The notes under the pieces were generated by a model. It was not told where the DNA came from, did not search any database, and saw only the letters and a program-made list of their open reading frames with translations. A program made the translations under genes and the position numbers. A stretch of 62,926 bases of DNA, filler included, from Reticulomyxa filosa (Eukaryota > Protista > Foraminifera), in NCBI GenBank assembly GCA_000512085.1. It is 7 parts of 7 records of this genome, joined end to end, with 100 filler letters (N's around TTAATTAATTAA, not from the genome) between each part and the next. Parts side by side here need not be neighbours in the genome. Positions count along the whole stretch, not along the records: positions 50,891 to 55,776 come from ASPP01023937.1; positions 55,877 to 59,709 come from ASPP01023120.1; positions 59,810 to 62,926 come from ASPP01014038.1; 4 more parts are not named here. One strand, given 5' to 3'. Positions 50,932 through 62,926 of this stretch are shown piece by piece (the first letter of the stretch is position 1; each line of letters starts with the position of its first letter).

Positions 50932-52294
50932 GATGTGAAACAAGTAATACCTTGGGAGTCGAACTCGAAGAAAACTTATGATCGATTGCTGTCCAGTGAT
51001 CTGCCCGCAGGAATGACATCTCCTTTGTACGTAATCATTGACAGTGGGTCCGATGACACGCTTTGGAATGACTTGTATTTCAATACCACTGCTCTCGTGT
51101 ATCACCAAATTGTGCAGGAATTCCAAAGTGAATTAAATAGCGACTGGATTTCCAACATCGCTGTTGTCGATGGCGTGTCCATTTCATATCAAATGGCTTT
51201 TGACATTGTACACAATGTGAACAATTGCATTAACCAGCCCGGGGCTAAAGTTAAACTATTGTTACAAAAAAAAAAGCTAACTATATTAATAATAATAATA
51301 ATAATAAAAGGATTACAAGTATTTATTTGAATCACTAGTAAATGACGATAACACAAGTGCGATAATGGAAATTATTCCACCATTCGACACCGAATCAAAA
51401 CAAGGCAATGACTTGATTTCACATTTACGCAATTTGCTTAAACGTTTGATGAAAGACTCCACTTACTCTTTTTATTTAACTGGCTCTCCTGTCAATGGCT
51501 ATGATTCCATGACTGTGACTTTTGATTTTATGCCGTTTGTTGTTTTGGGAACATTCATTGTCATATTCATTTTTGTTGGTTTTGCATTTCGTTCCTTGTT
51601 CATACCACTTCGCTATTGCGTTGGTCTATGCATTCCTTTGTCCTTTGTCTTTGGCATGAGTGTATTAATTTATCAAGATGGCATTTTCAATGACGTCTTC
51701 CATTTTCAACCACTTTCAAGCACTATTGGCCCAATGTATTGGTTTGTGCCCGTTCTTTGTTTTTCCTTGTGTTGTGGGCTTGCCCTCGACTATGACATTT
51801 TTTTGGCCAGTCGTGTATACGAATTTCGAATGAGTGGATATGATAATAATAGTAGCATTGTCAAAGCAGTTTACGAAACTGGTATCTGATAATATTCATA
51901 TGTATATACATTGTGATTAGGTCTTCTATCATCTATGTTTTATCTCTTCTTTTTTTTTTTTTTTCAATGGACTATTTAATATAACCAACTTATGCTTTTG
52001 CTGTATCATATTTTGTCTTGATTTGGTAAAGGGAGTATTATCACATGTGCTGGTTTAATAATGATGCTTGCTTTTGGTGGCCTGATGGCGTCTTCGAGCC
52101 CTATCATTATTCAAACAGGGTTTTGTATGACTTTCAGTGTGCTATTTGATACGTTTGTTATTCGCACTGTCATGGTCCCAGCTTTCATGGTCTTAGTGCA
52201 AGACTGGCATTGGTGGCCAAACCCACGCTTGCCGAAATATAATTTGCTTAATGAATTTGGACAAACCACCGACGTTGTGACAGAACAGTCGTAA
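50932..52294 (+). CDS. MmpL-type RND transporter, C-terminal half, with spliceosomal introns
   Basis: AFRSLFIPL, GLALDYDIFLASRVYE, ETG/SIITCAGLIMMLAFGGL and FDTFVIRTVMVPAFMVLVQDWHWWP match the MmpL/YdfJ C-terminal consensus; GT-AG introns near 51250-51311 and 51882-52031. Confidence 0.88.
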
Positions 52295-52943
52295 CATTTC
52301 TTCAAACAATACTTTGAAAATAATAAACATATTGGCGTTGAACTGGTTTCAATTAATTCAGCATTGCTAATATTTCGAAATAAATCATTGTTGTCAATGT
52401 CTTGTTTTGTGAACATATTTCAATCTCTTGCTATTAATTCATAATATACGCGTGAATGTTGAAAAATTTCAAAATTAGAATACAGTTTTCTTTTGTAATA
52501 ATATTTATCATGCAATTATGCCTTTTACTTAAATTATTTAAATAAATAATCCAAAAACCTAAACAACTAATGATACAACAACATTCATGAAGTATTGTTG
52601 ATAATTCTATGTTAGTTAAGTTATCCTTTTCAATGAGAAACAATATATTTTCTCATTTATAAACAACTTATAATATATTATTTATTATTAAATACAGTTC
52701 TACCAACTATTTATATTGAAAATAAGTCATTGTATGATATACTTTATAGTCTTATTAAAATTTTTTTACTAGTGGAAGATTATCGAATTTCTGGATAGTC
52801 AGAGACAAAAAGAGTCTATTTGTTATAACAATACAAATTAATGATTCTTATGAGTGACAATGTCTTGACAATACAATCACTTCTGGATAATCAATAGTTT
52901 AATTTCATATCAAATTTAGAAGGAAAATGAAAAGAAAAAATAA

Positions 52944-54950
52944 TTATGATTTCAACAAAAATTTTTTGAGTGTGCATTTTTCATTGCCTTTGTCGTGGTA
53001 CAATGAACCATGAGTAACTCCTAATTCATTATCATTTGACCGAGGGATGAACTCTCGCAGGGCAAATTTAGATGGTCTGCAGTCAATGAAATCCAAAGAA
53101 GGTGGATCTTTAAACACGACACCACTCTGTTTTAAGTATTTTCTGCATTCCGTTTGGTTGTCAAATCCAAGGGCTGAAACAAGTGATTCTACTGAATACT
53201 GCATTTGTCCATATGCAGTACAAATGTAAATTAATGTTCGATACCTTACTTTATGAAGAATTTGCTGCAACATGCATTTGACGAAGTGTGGTGCTGTTTT
53301 ATACAGGCAAAAGAATTTCATAAAGTGCATTGATCTTAGTGAGTCAATAAGGTTACGTACCTTTACAATCTATTGTATCCCCTCCTCTCCCCCCCCCGCA
53401 AAGAGAGAGAATTGGCCAATCGTTGTAAGCACATTAAAACTCGAAAAAAAGACCAGAAAACGAAACTTCGGGATGTCTTCGAAAGGAAGAATTCGTTTTC
53501 AAAGTGTCAATTATCCCAACCGAGTTTCGTGTAATTGCAAAGTATAGCAGTCGATATGACAAAAATTCTACAAAATTTTGTCGAAAAGATTTGTTCAACT
53601 TGTATAATTCTTTCAATTGTGACTGGCACTGGTTAAACTCGGACAAATCCCCGACCTCCAAACAAATACGTGCATTACATTCATAGACGTCAACAGTGAA
53701 TTGGTTCCTTATATGTTGGACTCGCAAGTCTTGTCGCAGTGATTTGAACTGATTACCAACAAAGGCGTAATCCCCACTTAAATTCCACTCTTTCAATATC
53801 ATGCGAAAGGCTAAATTACAAGTTTCTTCATCTCGAATTTCTTCCGGTTTAGGTGCCTTGCAAAGATTCACACACACACACACATACATACGCATACATA
53901 TATATACGTATACATACATATACATATATATATATATTTTTTTTTCTTTTGGCATAAAAAAAAAAAAAAAAAAAACAAAGTACACAAGTGAGTCGCAAGT
54001 AAGGCTTTTCAATCTCTTTGCATGTTCCAATAATATGCAAACTAAGGTAATCGGACTTGTCAGTGATCTGTGCTTCTGCAATTGGAATATCATTTTTTGT
54101 GTATGGTTTTTCTTTTGTTTGAAAACGAGCCTTTCGTGCCATTATCTTTGCTGTCTCGTCGCTTTCTATGACATTTGCAAAAATTGCTTCTTTGGTCATT
54201 ATTGATCTTTTCAAGTTGTTTTTCTTTGCATAATTGCCATCTTCTTCACTCCATGTAATTGCTTGTTCGTCTTTGTCTTCGATAAATGCATCGATTTGTT
54301 TTTGTATGCCACTGTTCATTGCTGTTGCCACTGCTATTTTGCCTTTCTTTTTTTGGTTGCCTTGATTGTTTTGTTTTTTTCTTTTTCTTTCAATTCTGTT
54401 GTTCTGCTGAGGCAATGTCCACCGTGATGTGACTTGCTCATAGTTCTCTTCAAATGACTCGAAATCTAAATCTGACTCCGTTTTGATTGACTCCGTTTTG
54501 ATTGGCTCCGTCTTTTTTGGTGCATTGCTTAAATTCTTTGTTTGTTTTGTGTCCATCTTTTTCTCAAATACTGCCTCCGTTTTTTTGTCATCAACAGTGG
54601 TTTGGTCAGATGTCATCGCCATTACATACGCTCTACTATTCATTGCTTTTGCATTTCCTGTTTTCCATCCCGTCGAATCGGTCATTATATCAGAATTGCC
54701 ATTGGTGTTGGTATTGTTATTATTCTTGTTCTTCTTGTTCTTCTTGTTCTTTTTTTTTTCTTCTTGCCAGCTGTTGATACTCCTTCCTTTGGCTCTTGAA
54801 GAAAATCATTCACCCTTGCGTCTAATTCAGTGGGCGAATCCTGTTTTCACAAACATTTGTCTTAAGATGATAACAACACTTTAAAAAAAAAACATTGTAC
54901 GAAACCGATGGTATCATACTCGTAGTTCTTCACTCTGGAACGGGTTTAAC
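52944..54950 (-). CDS. LENG8: LENG8/THP3 (SAC3/GANP PCI-domain) protein; start uncertain
   Basis: IIGTCKEIEKPYLRLT/APKPEEIR, NQFKSLRQDLRVQHIRNQFTVDVYECNARICLEVGDLSEFNQCQSQLKELY, EFLSYRLLY. Confidence 0.88.
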
Positions 54951-55239
54951 CTTTTTTTGAGACAAATATTTGTATTATTCTATGCCTACCTTGAACATGC
55001 ATTTTAACTTGTGTGATGTCCACTCGACTTTAATCTGTGGACAACAAATTTCTTTATGAAAGCATTTTTAACAATTTTTCACTGATAGTAAGCATATAAA
55101 AATCTTTCTAGCGAAACTAAATGTATAATGTCGTCGTTAATTTTGTGAAGAAAGAGAATGAACGGTGATTCGGAAAAGTTAGCGCAACTTTTGTGGATGA
55201 TTTCAGGGAAAAAGTGATCTACGAAAATAACATTATCCC

Positions 55240-55700
55240 ATGTCTCATTCTCAGAATGCGCAGGATGATCGTCCTGCTTCAACAGCGTGGCACTCTCGCT
55301 TGCGGCGCATAACAGTTTTTTGTGAGATGCTTCGCACCCTGTAGTTTGTGCGACGAAAGTGTTTGGTGTTTGTAATATTTTAGGATGCTTTCAATGCGAC
55401 TTTGGTGCAAGCAGAGCCAAGCGAGGCCCAAAGCCCAACACAGTCGCAGCAACCCGCCAACACCTCAGGCAGCCGTTCAAGCGGCACTGGGAGCCGTTAC
55501 CGTGTGAAGGCTCGGCCCATTGCAGCCCCAGTATCGACAACACCGAGGGACTCAGAGCATGGACACAGTGGAACAGCGGACAGTGGTCGCGGTAGCAACC
55601 CTAGTCCCAGTTACAATCAGCACTCCCCGGACACTGTCAATGGTAACACAGCAGGTGGTCCAGTGTTGGCCCGCAGAGTTGTGAATTCGGCACATTTCTT
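55240..55700 (+). CDS. 5' part of an unknown protein with disordered Ser/Thr/Pro-rich N-terminus
   Basis: MSHSQNAQDDRPASTAWHSRLRRIT, a putative intron, then DAFNATLVQAEPSEAQS... (ORF 55402-55719); GC-rich relative to flanks; truncated by the gap. Confidence 0.5.
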
Positions 55701-55776
55701 CCAAAAAAAAAAAAAATAAATAAATAAAATTTTTAGGAACAAAGTAAAGTGAAGAAAAATCATTTGCTTATCTTTT

Positions 55777-55876
55777 NNNNNNNNNNNNNNNNNNNNNNNN
55801 NNNNNNNNNNNNNNNNNNNNTTAATTAATTAANNNNNNNNNNNNNNNNNNNNNNNNNNNNNNNNNNNNNNNNNNNN
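55777..55876. other. Assembly spacer with six-frame stop linker
   Basis: N-run containing TTAATTAATTAA. Confidence 0.98.
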
Positions 55877-55877
55877 G

Positions 55878-55921
<44 letters not shown>

Positions 55922-55927
55922 GCAAAA

Positions 55928-56582
55928 CTTTGCGGATATGATAAACCAGAAAAGAGAACAAACTAATATTCCAAAATAATTGGAGGGCCGCGCCAATGCC
56001 GATAATCAATCTGTCTGCAGCGGGATTGGAATAACAACCCTTGGCTTGCAACAGGACGGTGTGTGCAATGACGATAATGCCATAGGAGACAAAAGGAGTA
56101 ATCCCCAAAAAAAATTGTATTGTCTTGGACACTTCGAACACACTCCCCTGCAAAATAACTGTGGCTCGCACGAGGTAAAACGAAAATAATAATCCTTCAG
56201 TAAACACTCGCAAAGACGATACGTATAACGCCCTGGTGCATGCCATACCGATGTCACCTAGGCCAAAGATCAGACGTTCACAGACCTCTCCAATACATAT
56301 CAGATAGCAACACAAGATGTACAAGGTCACAATCCATTTGATCTTGCGGTCTATCGTAGTCTTTGGCACATTCCTTTCTGTTGGTGATGCACTCACGCTC
56401 ACTTGGACTGACGATTCGTCCGACGATAAACTTTGCGGTCGCGATCTCGTCCCTCTCCACATAAAACGCCACGTTACGTACAACAGAAACAGGCAGTATA
56501 AACTACATATTGTGCTCACTACCAGATTTGTTATCAACAAATCTTTAGAAGCAAAACCTGCTTTTTGCACATTAAGAGGCAT
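55928..56582 (-). CDS. Multi-pass (7TM/GPCR-like) membrane protein, first five TM segments; 3' end lost in gap
   Basis: Five hydrophobic helices in ORF 55821-56582, with Cys at the start of TM3 (MACTRALY) and in the next outer loop (KGCYS), and FYLVRA at the end of TM3. Confidence 0.6.
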
Positions 56583-57046
56583 TTTTGTTCTAATGCAGAT
56601 TATCCAAAGTTAGCTTGTACGCGTTCATTCAAAAAAAAGCCTGGTACTTGTGAACCGACGTTTGGATTTTTTTAGTTTTAAACTTTTACCTACAAGCAAG
56701 GACAACACTCTTACATCTTTTTTAAAAATATTTTGTGCAACTGCACTTAATGAATTGCCGTTAAATCATGTCTTTTTTTTTAAGAAACTGCCCTAAATTG
56801 ATAAGCAATATTTCAAATAGGCTGAACCTTAATTTTTCTTCTTTTTTTTAACTTTTTTGTGTTTTATTGAAATTGTCTATAGAAGACTCCTTTTATTTCA
56901 CCTAGATTGAGAACCTTCATATTTCGTCAAGTAAGAAAAAACAGTTTTGAGGAGACTTACAGTTCAAAATTATATGAATTTTTATAAAGAGGTATGGCAG
57001 TAACAAAAATCAATAAATTATATGATCTCTAGAGCAAGATGTTGTC

Positions 57047-58311
57047 ATGATAACAAAGGGCACGATGCTTTGTAACGAAACGAAGCGCGAAAAGTTAGTA
57101 GCGAAGCCATACGACCGAACTGAGGACAACACATCACAAACTACTTTGGTATTTAAAAATGTTTTTTTTTTTTGTGATTGGACAATCGACAAAAGGTGTT
57201 TGCATTTAAAAAACCAAAAAAATAAATGTTATACATATTACGTGCACAAGACGACAGCGCAAGTAATGACAATATTGGACAGATGGCGTCAGTCAGCGTT
57301 AATTTCTTGGGGATGGATCAGTGAATTTGACAAAATGATTGCGAAATATGTTACATTTGTGTGTGCGTATTTGTTATGACCACTCTGGCGTATGTAAAAA
57401 CTGTCCCGACTTGTGGTAATGAAAACAAATAGGCCAAGCACTTTAAACAAATAAAGCTCGTTCAAGTACATTTGGGAGATGTGACATACATAAAGTTTTC
57501 GCCCAATGGCAATAAACTTGTCTTGTGTTGTAATGACGAAACAGTCCGAATTTTAGACGTGGTGTCAAGAAACACCGATAAAATATTTTGTGGACATTGT
57601 AAACACATTTGTGAAGCGCAATTTTCATCAGATGGCAATATGATTGTATCATGTTCATGGGATAAAACAATTCGATTGTGGGATGTGCAATCAGGAAAAG
57701 AAATGAAAAGACTTGAGGGACATTTCGATGCGGTCACGGCAATTCAGTTATCACGCCGTGGTGATACGATTATATCGTGTTCCGATGATATGACAATTCG
57801 ATTATGGGATGTGCAATCAGGCAAAGAGTTGAAACGGATGAAACGGTATTCCGACTCTGATAACGCAATACAATTCTTGCACGACGAAAAGATTGTGGTG
57901 TCATTCTCTCCTTACGGTTCAATTGAACTGTGGGATGCGAGCTCCGGAGAAGGAATAGGTGAATTAGCTGGGCACTTATGCAGCGTGCTAGGAGCACACA
58001 TTTCTCCTGATCATTGCAATATTATCTCGTGGTCAAAAGATATGACAATTCGCTTATGGGATATTGCATCACGGACAGAAATTCAAAGATTTGTTGGACA
58101 TTCCGATTGGATCACACAAGCTCTATTTCTTCCTGATGGTCACAAGATTGTATCTTCTTCATTGGACAACACAATGCGGATTTGGGATGTAAAATCGGGA
58201 ATACAATTGCAAATTCTGAAAACTTTTCCATTAAAAGGAATTGATATTTCACCTGACGGTGACACAATTGTATCTTTTTCTGGCGATGGGACTATTCGAT
58301 TGTGGCAATAA
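57047..58311 (+). CDS. WD40-repeat protein (about 7 repeats) with short helical N-terminal motif
   Basis: Repeated GH...V...FSxDG..IVSxSxDxTIRLWD units in ORF 57472-58311; upstream exon ILDRWRQSALISWGWISEFDKMIAKY. Confidence 0.92.
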
Positions 58312-59049
58312 TCACAATGCATTCATCTGTATTTTAAAAAAGTAATGCATTTAAAGGAACTTTCAAAGGCTATTGAATTTGATTAAAATGTTCCTTTTGT
58401 TTAATTAAGGATGCCATTTTTTTAAACAATTTGTGCCCAGATGTAAGTTATCAGTCGTGCATAAGATACTTTTAAATATTTTTTTGAAAAACAAAATATT
58501 ATTATTTTTGCTGAAATTTTAACTATCGAGAATCTTTCTCCAAAAAAAATTTTAAAAAGCCTTTTGCAATTTATGTTCATTTCATGTTTACTTTGGTGAA
58601 TACAACGTGACATACATACCTATTTCATGCATATCAAATATCAAAAAAACAAATATTCAATCCTCGGATCGAATGAGAAAAATTCTACGAATGATTCGGT
58701 CTAGGACATAAGATATCAACGGCATCACTTTTAAAAAAAAATTTGTATCTTGAACAAAATAAGCGTAAAATCTATACTAAAGCTCTTATTGCAACAACGG
58801 AAAACAGTACGATTTCTGTAAGTTCTCTTTCCGTCCTAGGTTAATTTTTGTTCACATTTTCTAGTTGATGTCATTATTGCACCATAAAAAGTATGTAAAG
58901 ACAAAAAACCAGATGGTATCAAAACTCGAGAAAATTAGTCAAATACACATTAGGTCTTTAATAATCCCTGTGCAAAAACAAAAAAATATATACTGACAAT
59001 CCATCTTTTTTTAATTGTAACGTTCTTTTGATTTTGCTTTGTCTTATCC

Positions 59050-59640
59050 CTCCAAACTAATTCGTACTTTTACTGGACATTTATGTGCGGTATAAAGTAT
59101 TGATTATTCAACATTTGATAGTGGACTGTCCCTATGTTCTGGATCAAGTGATAATACAATTCGAATTATGTGATGTAAGAACTGCTGAGTAATCGCAAAT
59201 GCTCAATGAACACTTGGATGCAGTGTTGTGTCACATTTTCTCTATATCATTTCTCTTTTTATCGTCCCACATTTGCTCTGCATCATGGGACAAAATCATT
59301 CCGTTTTTTGGGATGTCAAGACCACCAAGGCAATGAAAATTTTTATTGGACACGTAAATGGTGTCAATGGCATTCAATTTTCGCCGTTCAATGGTGGTCG
59401 ATATTTGTGTTCTGGGGTCGATAGACAGAACAATTTGTTTATGGGATGTTGAAACGTCTAAAGTATTGTATATTTTCAATAGACATAAATCCAATGTCAC
59501 TAGTGTTAATTTTTCTTCATTGATGAAAAATAACCACTCTAGTTTCATTACTGGTTCTATTTTGTATAACATATAATACTATTCGTATATGGGATATGTT
59601 TTCGATTGTTGTATGGAGTGCATAATATTCGCCGTATGCA
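59050..59640 (+). pseudogene. WD40-repeat pseudogene
   Basis: SKLIRTFTGHLCAV*SIDYSTFDSGLSLCSGSSDNTIR, FIGHVNGVNGIQFSPFNGGRYLCSG and DRTICLWDVETSK lie in different frames with in-frame stops. Confidence 0.8.
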
Positions 59641-59670
59641 CTCGTAGTTGTTGTGTGAAATACCATACTA

Positions 59671-59709
59671 CATTATGTTGCAAAGAAAACTGAACGCCTA
59701 AAACATATC
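59671..59709 (+). mobile_element. Putative Tc1/mariner-like terminus, copy 3
   Basis: TA|CATTATGTTGCAAAGAAAACTGAACGCCTAAA has 2 mismatches to copy 1 over the first 32 nt and ends at a gap. Confidence 0.6.
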
Positions 59710-59809
59710 NNNNNNNNNNNNNNNNNNNNNNNNNNNNNNNNNNNNNNNNNNNNTTAATTAATTAANNNNNNNNNNNNNNNNNNNNNNNNNNNNNNNNNNN
59801 NNNNNNNNN
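59710..59809. other. Assembly spacer with six-frame stop linker
   Basis: N-run containing TTAATTAATTAA. Confidence 0.98.
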
Positions 59810-62800
59810 TGTAAATTTTAGTTAGAAAAAAAAGACATAGTGTTCAATTTGGTGTCATAATTTGTCCGTTTAACAACCTTTTAAATTTATTTACGTTTTT
59901 ATGGTTGGGCTATGTCCCTTTGGGGCGGGGTCCTATAACCATTCTTCTAAAAAAAAAAGAAAAATATTACGATAATGAAAATATATAAATAGACATTGGA
60001 TAATATTATTATAGCAATGTAACAAGATATTGCTTTGTGTAAAGTAATGAATTTGTGTAACTTGTGTAATTAACTAAAAGCATCTTGTTGTGTATCATTA
60101 AAGTATCTTTGATGTCGATTTTGTCGCGATACCACTTGAAGTATGTACAATACTGCCTTTGTGGTTCGCGATATAGAGTTGAGTTGTGGTATTACTTTGG
60201 ATTGTCGTCATTGTTGTTGTGCAGTCGTTCGCGGACTATGCTGGTTTTGGTTATCAATCGTGTGTGATATTGGCAATGCATTGTGGATACATTTCTTCAA
60301 ATTCATTCATGTTACTGATCGATCTTTTTATTGAACCGCTTCACGACATTTGCTGTAAGTTGTATAATAATTTTCTTTCTTTTTTGTTCGTGCATAAGAA
60401 AACATGTATATATTTGCATATGCGCATAGATATTCAATTTGTAATAAAAAAGAAAAAAAGAACAAAAAAAGGAAAGCGATATACGTATTGAAAAAAAGTT
60501 ATGGTGACAATGTGGACAACAGAAAAAAACAAGTCCGAACAGTCGTCTGCGATCATAAAGTGAGCAATAATTGGCCAAAGTTACTTAAACCACTTTGAGT
60601 GTTTTGGAAAGGTTTAAAAATATTTGCATTACCATAATACAAACCACTTATAAGTCCAGCCCATCTATCCTTTAATAGACCGACCTACTATCAATTATAC
60701 ATAAACTAGTTTCGTCGTTTTAGTGGAACACTTCTTCTGCTTCTCAACTTCCATTGATTTTGCATCATCTTAACTATCATATCAGATTGCCATTTCCAGT
60801 ATTAGATATCGGACTCTGGTTATACGCGCAATTAATGTTATTTATTGCGATCCCACAAGTGGTGTTAATTACATGATTCTTCAATATGGAAAGTTTGTTT
60901 TGTAGATGAATGGACAAGAACTTGAAATATTGAAGCTATCATCTCAATAATGTGAATATGTAGAAAGTTGATCAGCACATATTGTTCAAGTTGGCCCAAG
61001 TCGGATCTCTTGCATATAGCATATAATGAGCGAAAACTGAAATGTGAAATATGTATGGTATAAGCACTTCATTTGCAGTCAGTAGTCAATAGCTTTCTCA
61101 AATTATAACAGTCAAATAGTTTTATGAAGTATATAGAGCGAACCAAAAAACGTCTTTAAAAAAAATATGACATACACGAAAACAGGTTACGAAACAATTT
61201 GTAAGTTGCTTGCAAGAAGATTTGTATTGCATTACATTGAATAGACAACCAAAAAGTGTAAACGATTGTAACGAATATAGTCATCATGTGACAGTCTAGC
61301 AGCCATATGCATTTGCTTAATCTCAACTATAAAAAACAATATATTATCTGATCTGTTTCTTCTTAAACGCAGCAACAGTGACAACAATAATAGCATTATA
61401 CGTAAATAACGCAACCTCGTTGCGACAAGACAAAATATCATCAAGACGAAGCAGTAGCAGTCCTAAAAACGTGTAATACCAACGAAAAAGATTTTCCTTT
61501 AAAATCATATTAATGTTCATAAGTTATTAACCGAACAACAAATTATTGTAATATAATTCTAGTCATATCACCTTTACTACTCTCAACATAATTCAACTCG
61601 TTTTTAGGTAAATCTCTAACACAATTAATAATATTAATAACAACAACGCAAGATCTTTATACGTATATCGATTATATATTTATATGTGTTGTTTAAACTA
61701 TTTAAATATTTACGTCTTGTGTGTAGATGCAAATGATACTCGTAAGCGTACGAATCAATCATGGAAAGCTAGTTTCGTTGAAATATATAGAGTCCGTTTC
61801 TGGTCCATACAGATGAATACAGTTGCTGTTGTTCTCATTGCAATTTGTGCTGCAACGAGTTCACAGCAGCAATAGCAAAGCAAGCAGCAGTAGCAAGAAA
61901 GTCCCAATAATGTGCTACATCAAGTCAGATTGATATGACTATTATATTCAAGTATTGTCAAAGATCCAGTTCCATCGAGTATATTGAACTTTACTTGTGG
62001 AAGGCACGACGAAATCGTTTGTTATTCGTTTGCTAGATCATTTTTCAGTATTGCTCAAAATGTCAAGTGCCAATCACACAAATATCACGATCGTATTGTT
62101 AATTATCAAATTAACTTGCTTTGATTACTCAATGTTTCAAAAATAGCAATCTAGTACTTATTTCAACGACTGTAGCTAAATTTGTGATATGATACTACAA
62201 TTACGCATACATTCTACATCTAAGTATTACTTACAACATCCGACATTTGCACCAACAAGATCACACACTTGATTTCATTCACGTGAACTTACTACTGTAT
62301 CGAACGCGAGACACGCACTGTCTTTCGATCTCAGTCATAACTTTTTTACACTGTCTATCATACTGCATCTTGACCTTTACTGTTTGTGTTGTTAATTGAA
62401 CTGATAAACTTGAACAGCTAAAAATATACTCTTTCGTGCGTGCGACTTTGCGCAAGCTCATAGATGAATTGCATACTATGTAATTTGATGTTTTATTGAA
62501 AAACCCGTAAATTCAAAGCTATTATCCAAGTTTGTTGGCGCTAACATAAGAAAGTGTTGCCTTCGTTCATTGAATGCCTTAAGAATGAAAAGATGAAATA
62601 AATCACTAGCTGGAAACAAGAATAATCTTAGACATTGACATTAAAACATTTACTCGAATGTTTGAAGCTTCCCATCATCTTTTTTAAAGAAATATTATGC
62701 TGTGAATGTAACAGAAATATTTCATTAGACAGTTGTAAAAACAATTTGTGTTTACATCATATGCTACCAAGAATATGATTCATAATCTTTTGTCGTAAAT

Positions 62801-62926
62801 TTGTTGTAATTGGTGATTATCTTGGAAGGTATCTTTTTCAATGAATTCTTTGTTTGATTATGTTGTCACTATTTGCATTTTCTTTCAAATTTTAAAACTT
62901 CAACATTGCACTTTTCTCCTAAGTTA

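Noticed and set aside
28796-59809. TTAATTAATTAA palindrome repeated six times inside N-runs
   Set aside because: Artificial six-frame stop linker between contigs. Gene adjacency across these spacers cannot be trusted.
59810-62926. Fragments resembling a decayed membrane-protein gene (minus strand, about 60100-60700) and other short ORFs
   Set aside because: Multiple stops and no family recognised; a call cannot be supported without a homology search.
1-62926. Alternative genetic code (stop-codon reassignment)
   Set aside because: Conserved exons read through with the standard code. Apparent in-frame stops map to introns, homopolymer indels or pseudogenes, and TAA, TAG and TGA all appear as terminators.

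Overview
AT-rich, intron-containing eukaryotic (protist) DNA. It is not one contiguous locus: six 100-bp N spacers, each carrying a TTAATTAATTAA six-frame-stop linker, join seven contig pieces. A divergent alpha-tubulin, a distinctive WD40 family with a pseudogene copy, and homopolymer-rich introns suggest a foraminiferan such as Reticulomyxa filosa (inference from recalled family features, not a search). About 22 protein genes or gene fragments can be read. Contig 1 has an SGNH/PAF-acetylhydrolase-like esterase (missed by the ORF track), an acyl-CoA dehydrogenase ending in -AKL, SMC1, a secreted GH38/DUF5054-like protein, a probably membrane-anchored CaMK-type kinase, a membrane-anchored lid-less Hsp70, an F-BAR protein and the alpha-tubulin. 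Contig 2 has a secreted DOMON/Pro-repeat/His-repeat protein, a zinc finger-Nudix fusion, a YciI protein, an MFSD5/MOT2 transporter and a giant multi-DOMON-cytochrome b561. The later contigs have U2AF65, an SLC22A18-like MFS, an MmpL-type RND transporter, LENG8/THP3, a 7TM-like protein and WD40 genes. There is also a decayed non-LTR reverse transcriptase relic and three copies of a TA-flanked Tc1/mariner-like terminus, each at a contig break. The most striking non-genic signal is intron architecture: many introns have an A-run directly before the 3' AG, where a polypyrimidine tract is expected, and several have a T-run just after the 5' GT. Exon boundaries were read by eye and are approximate.
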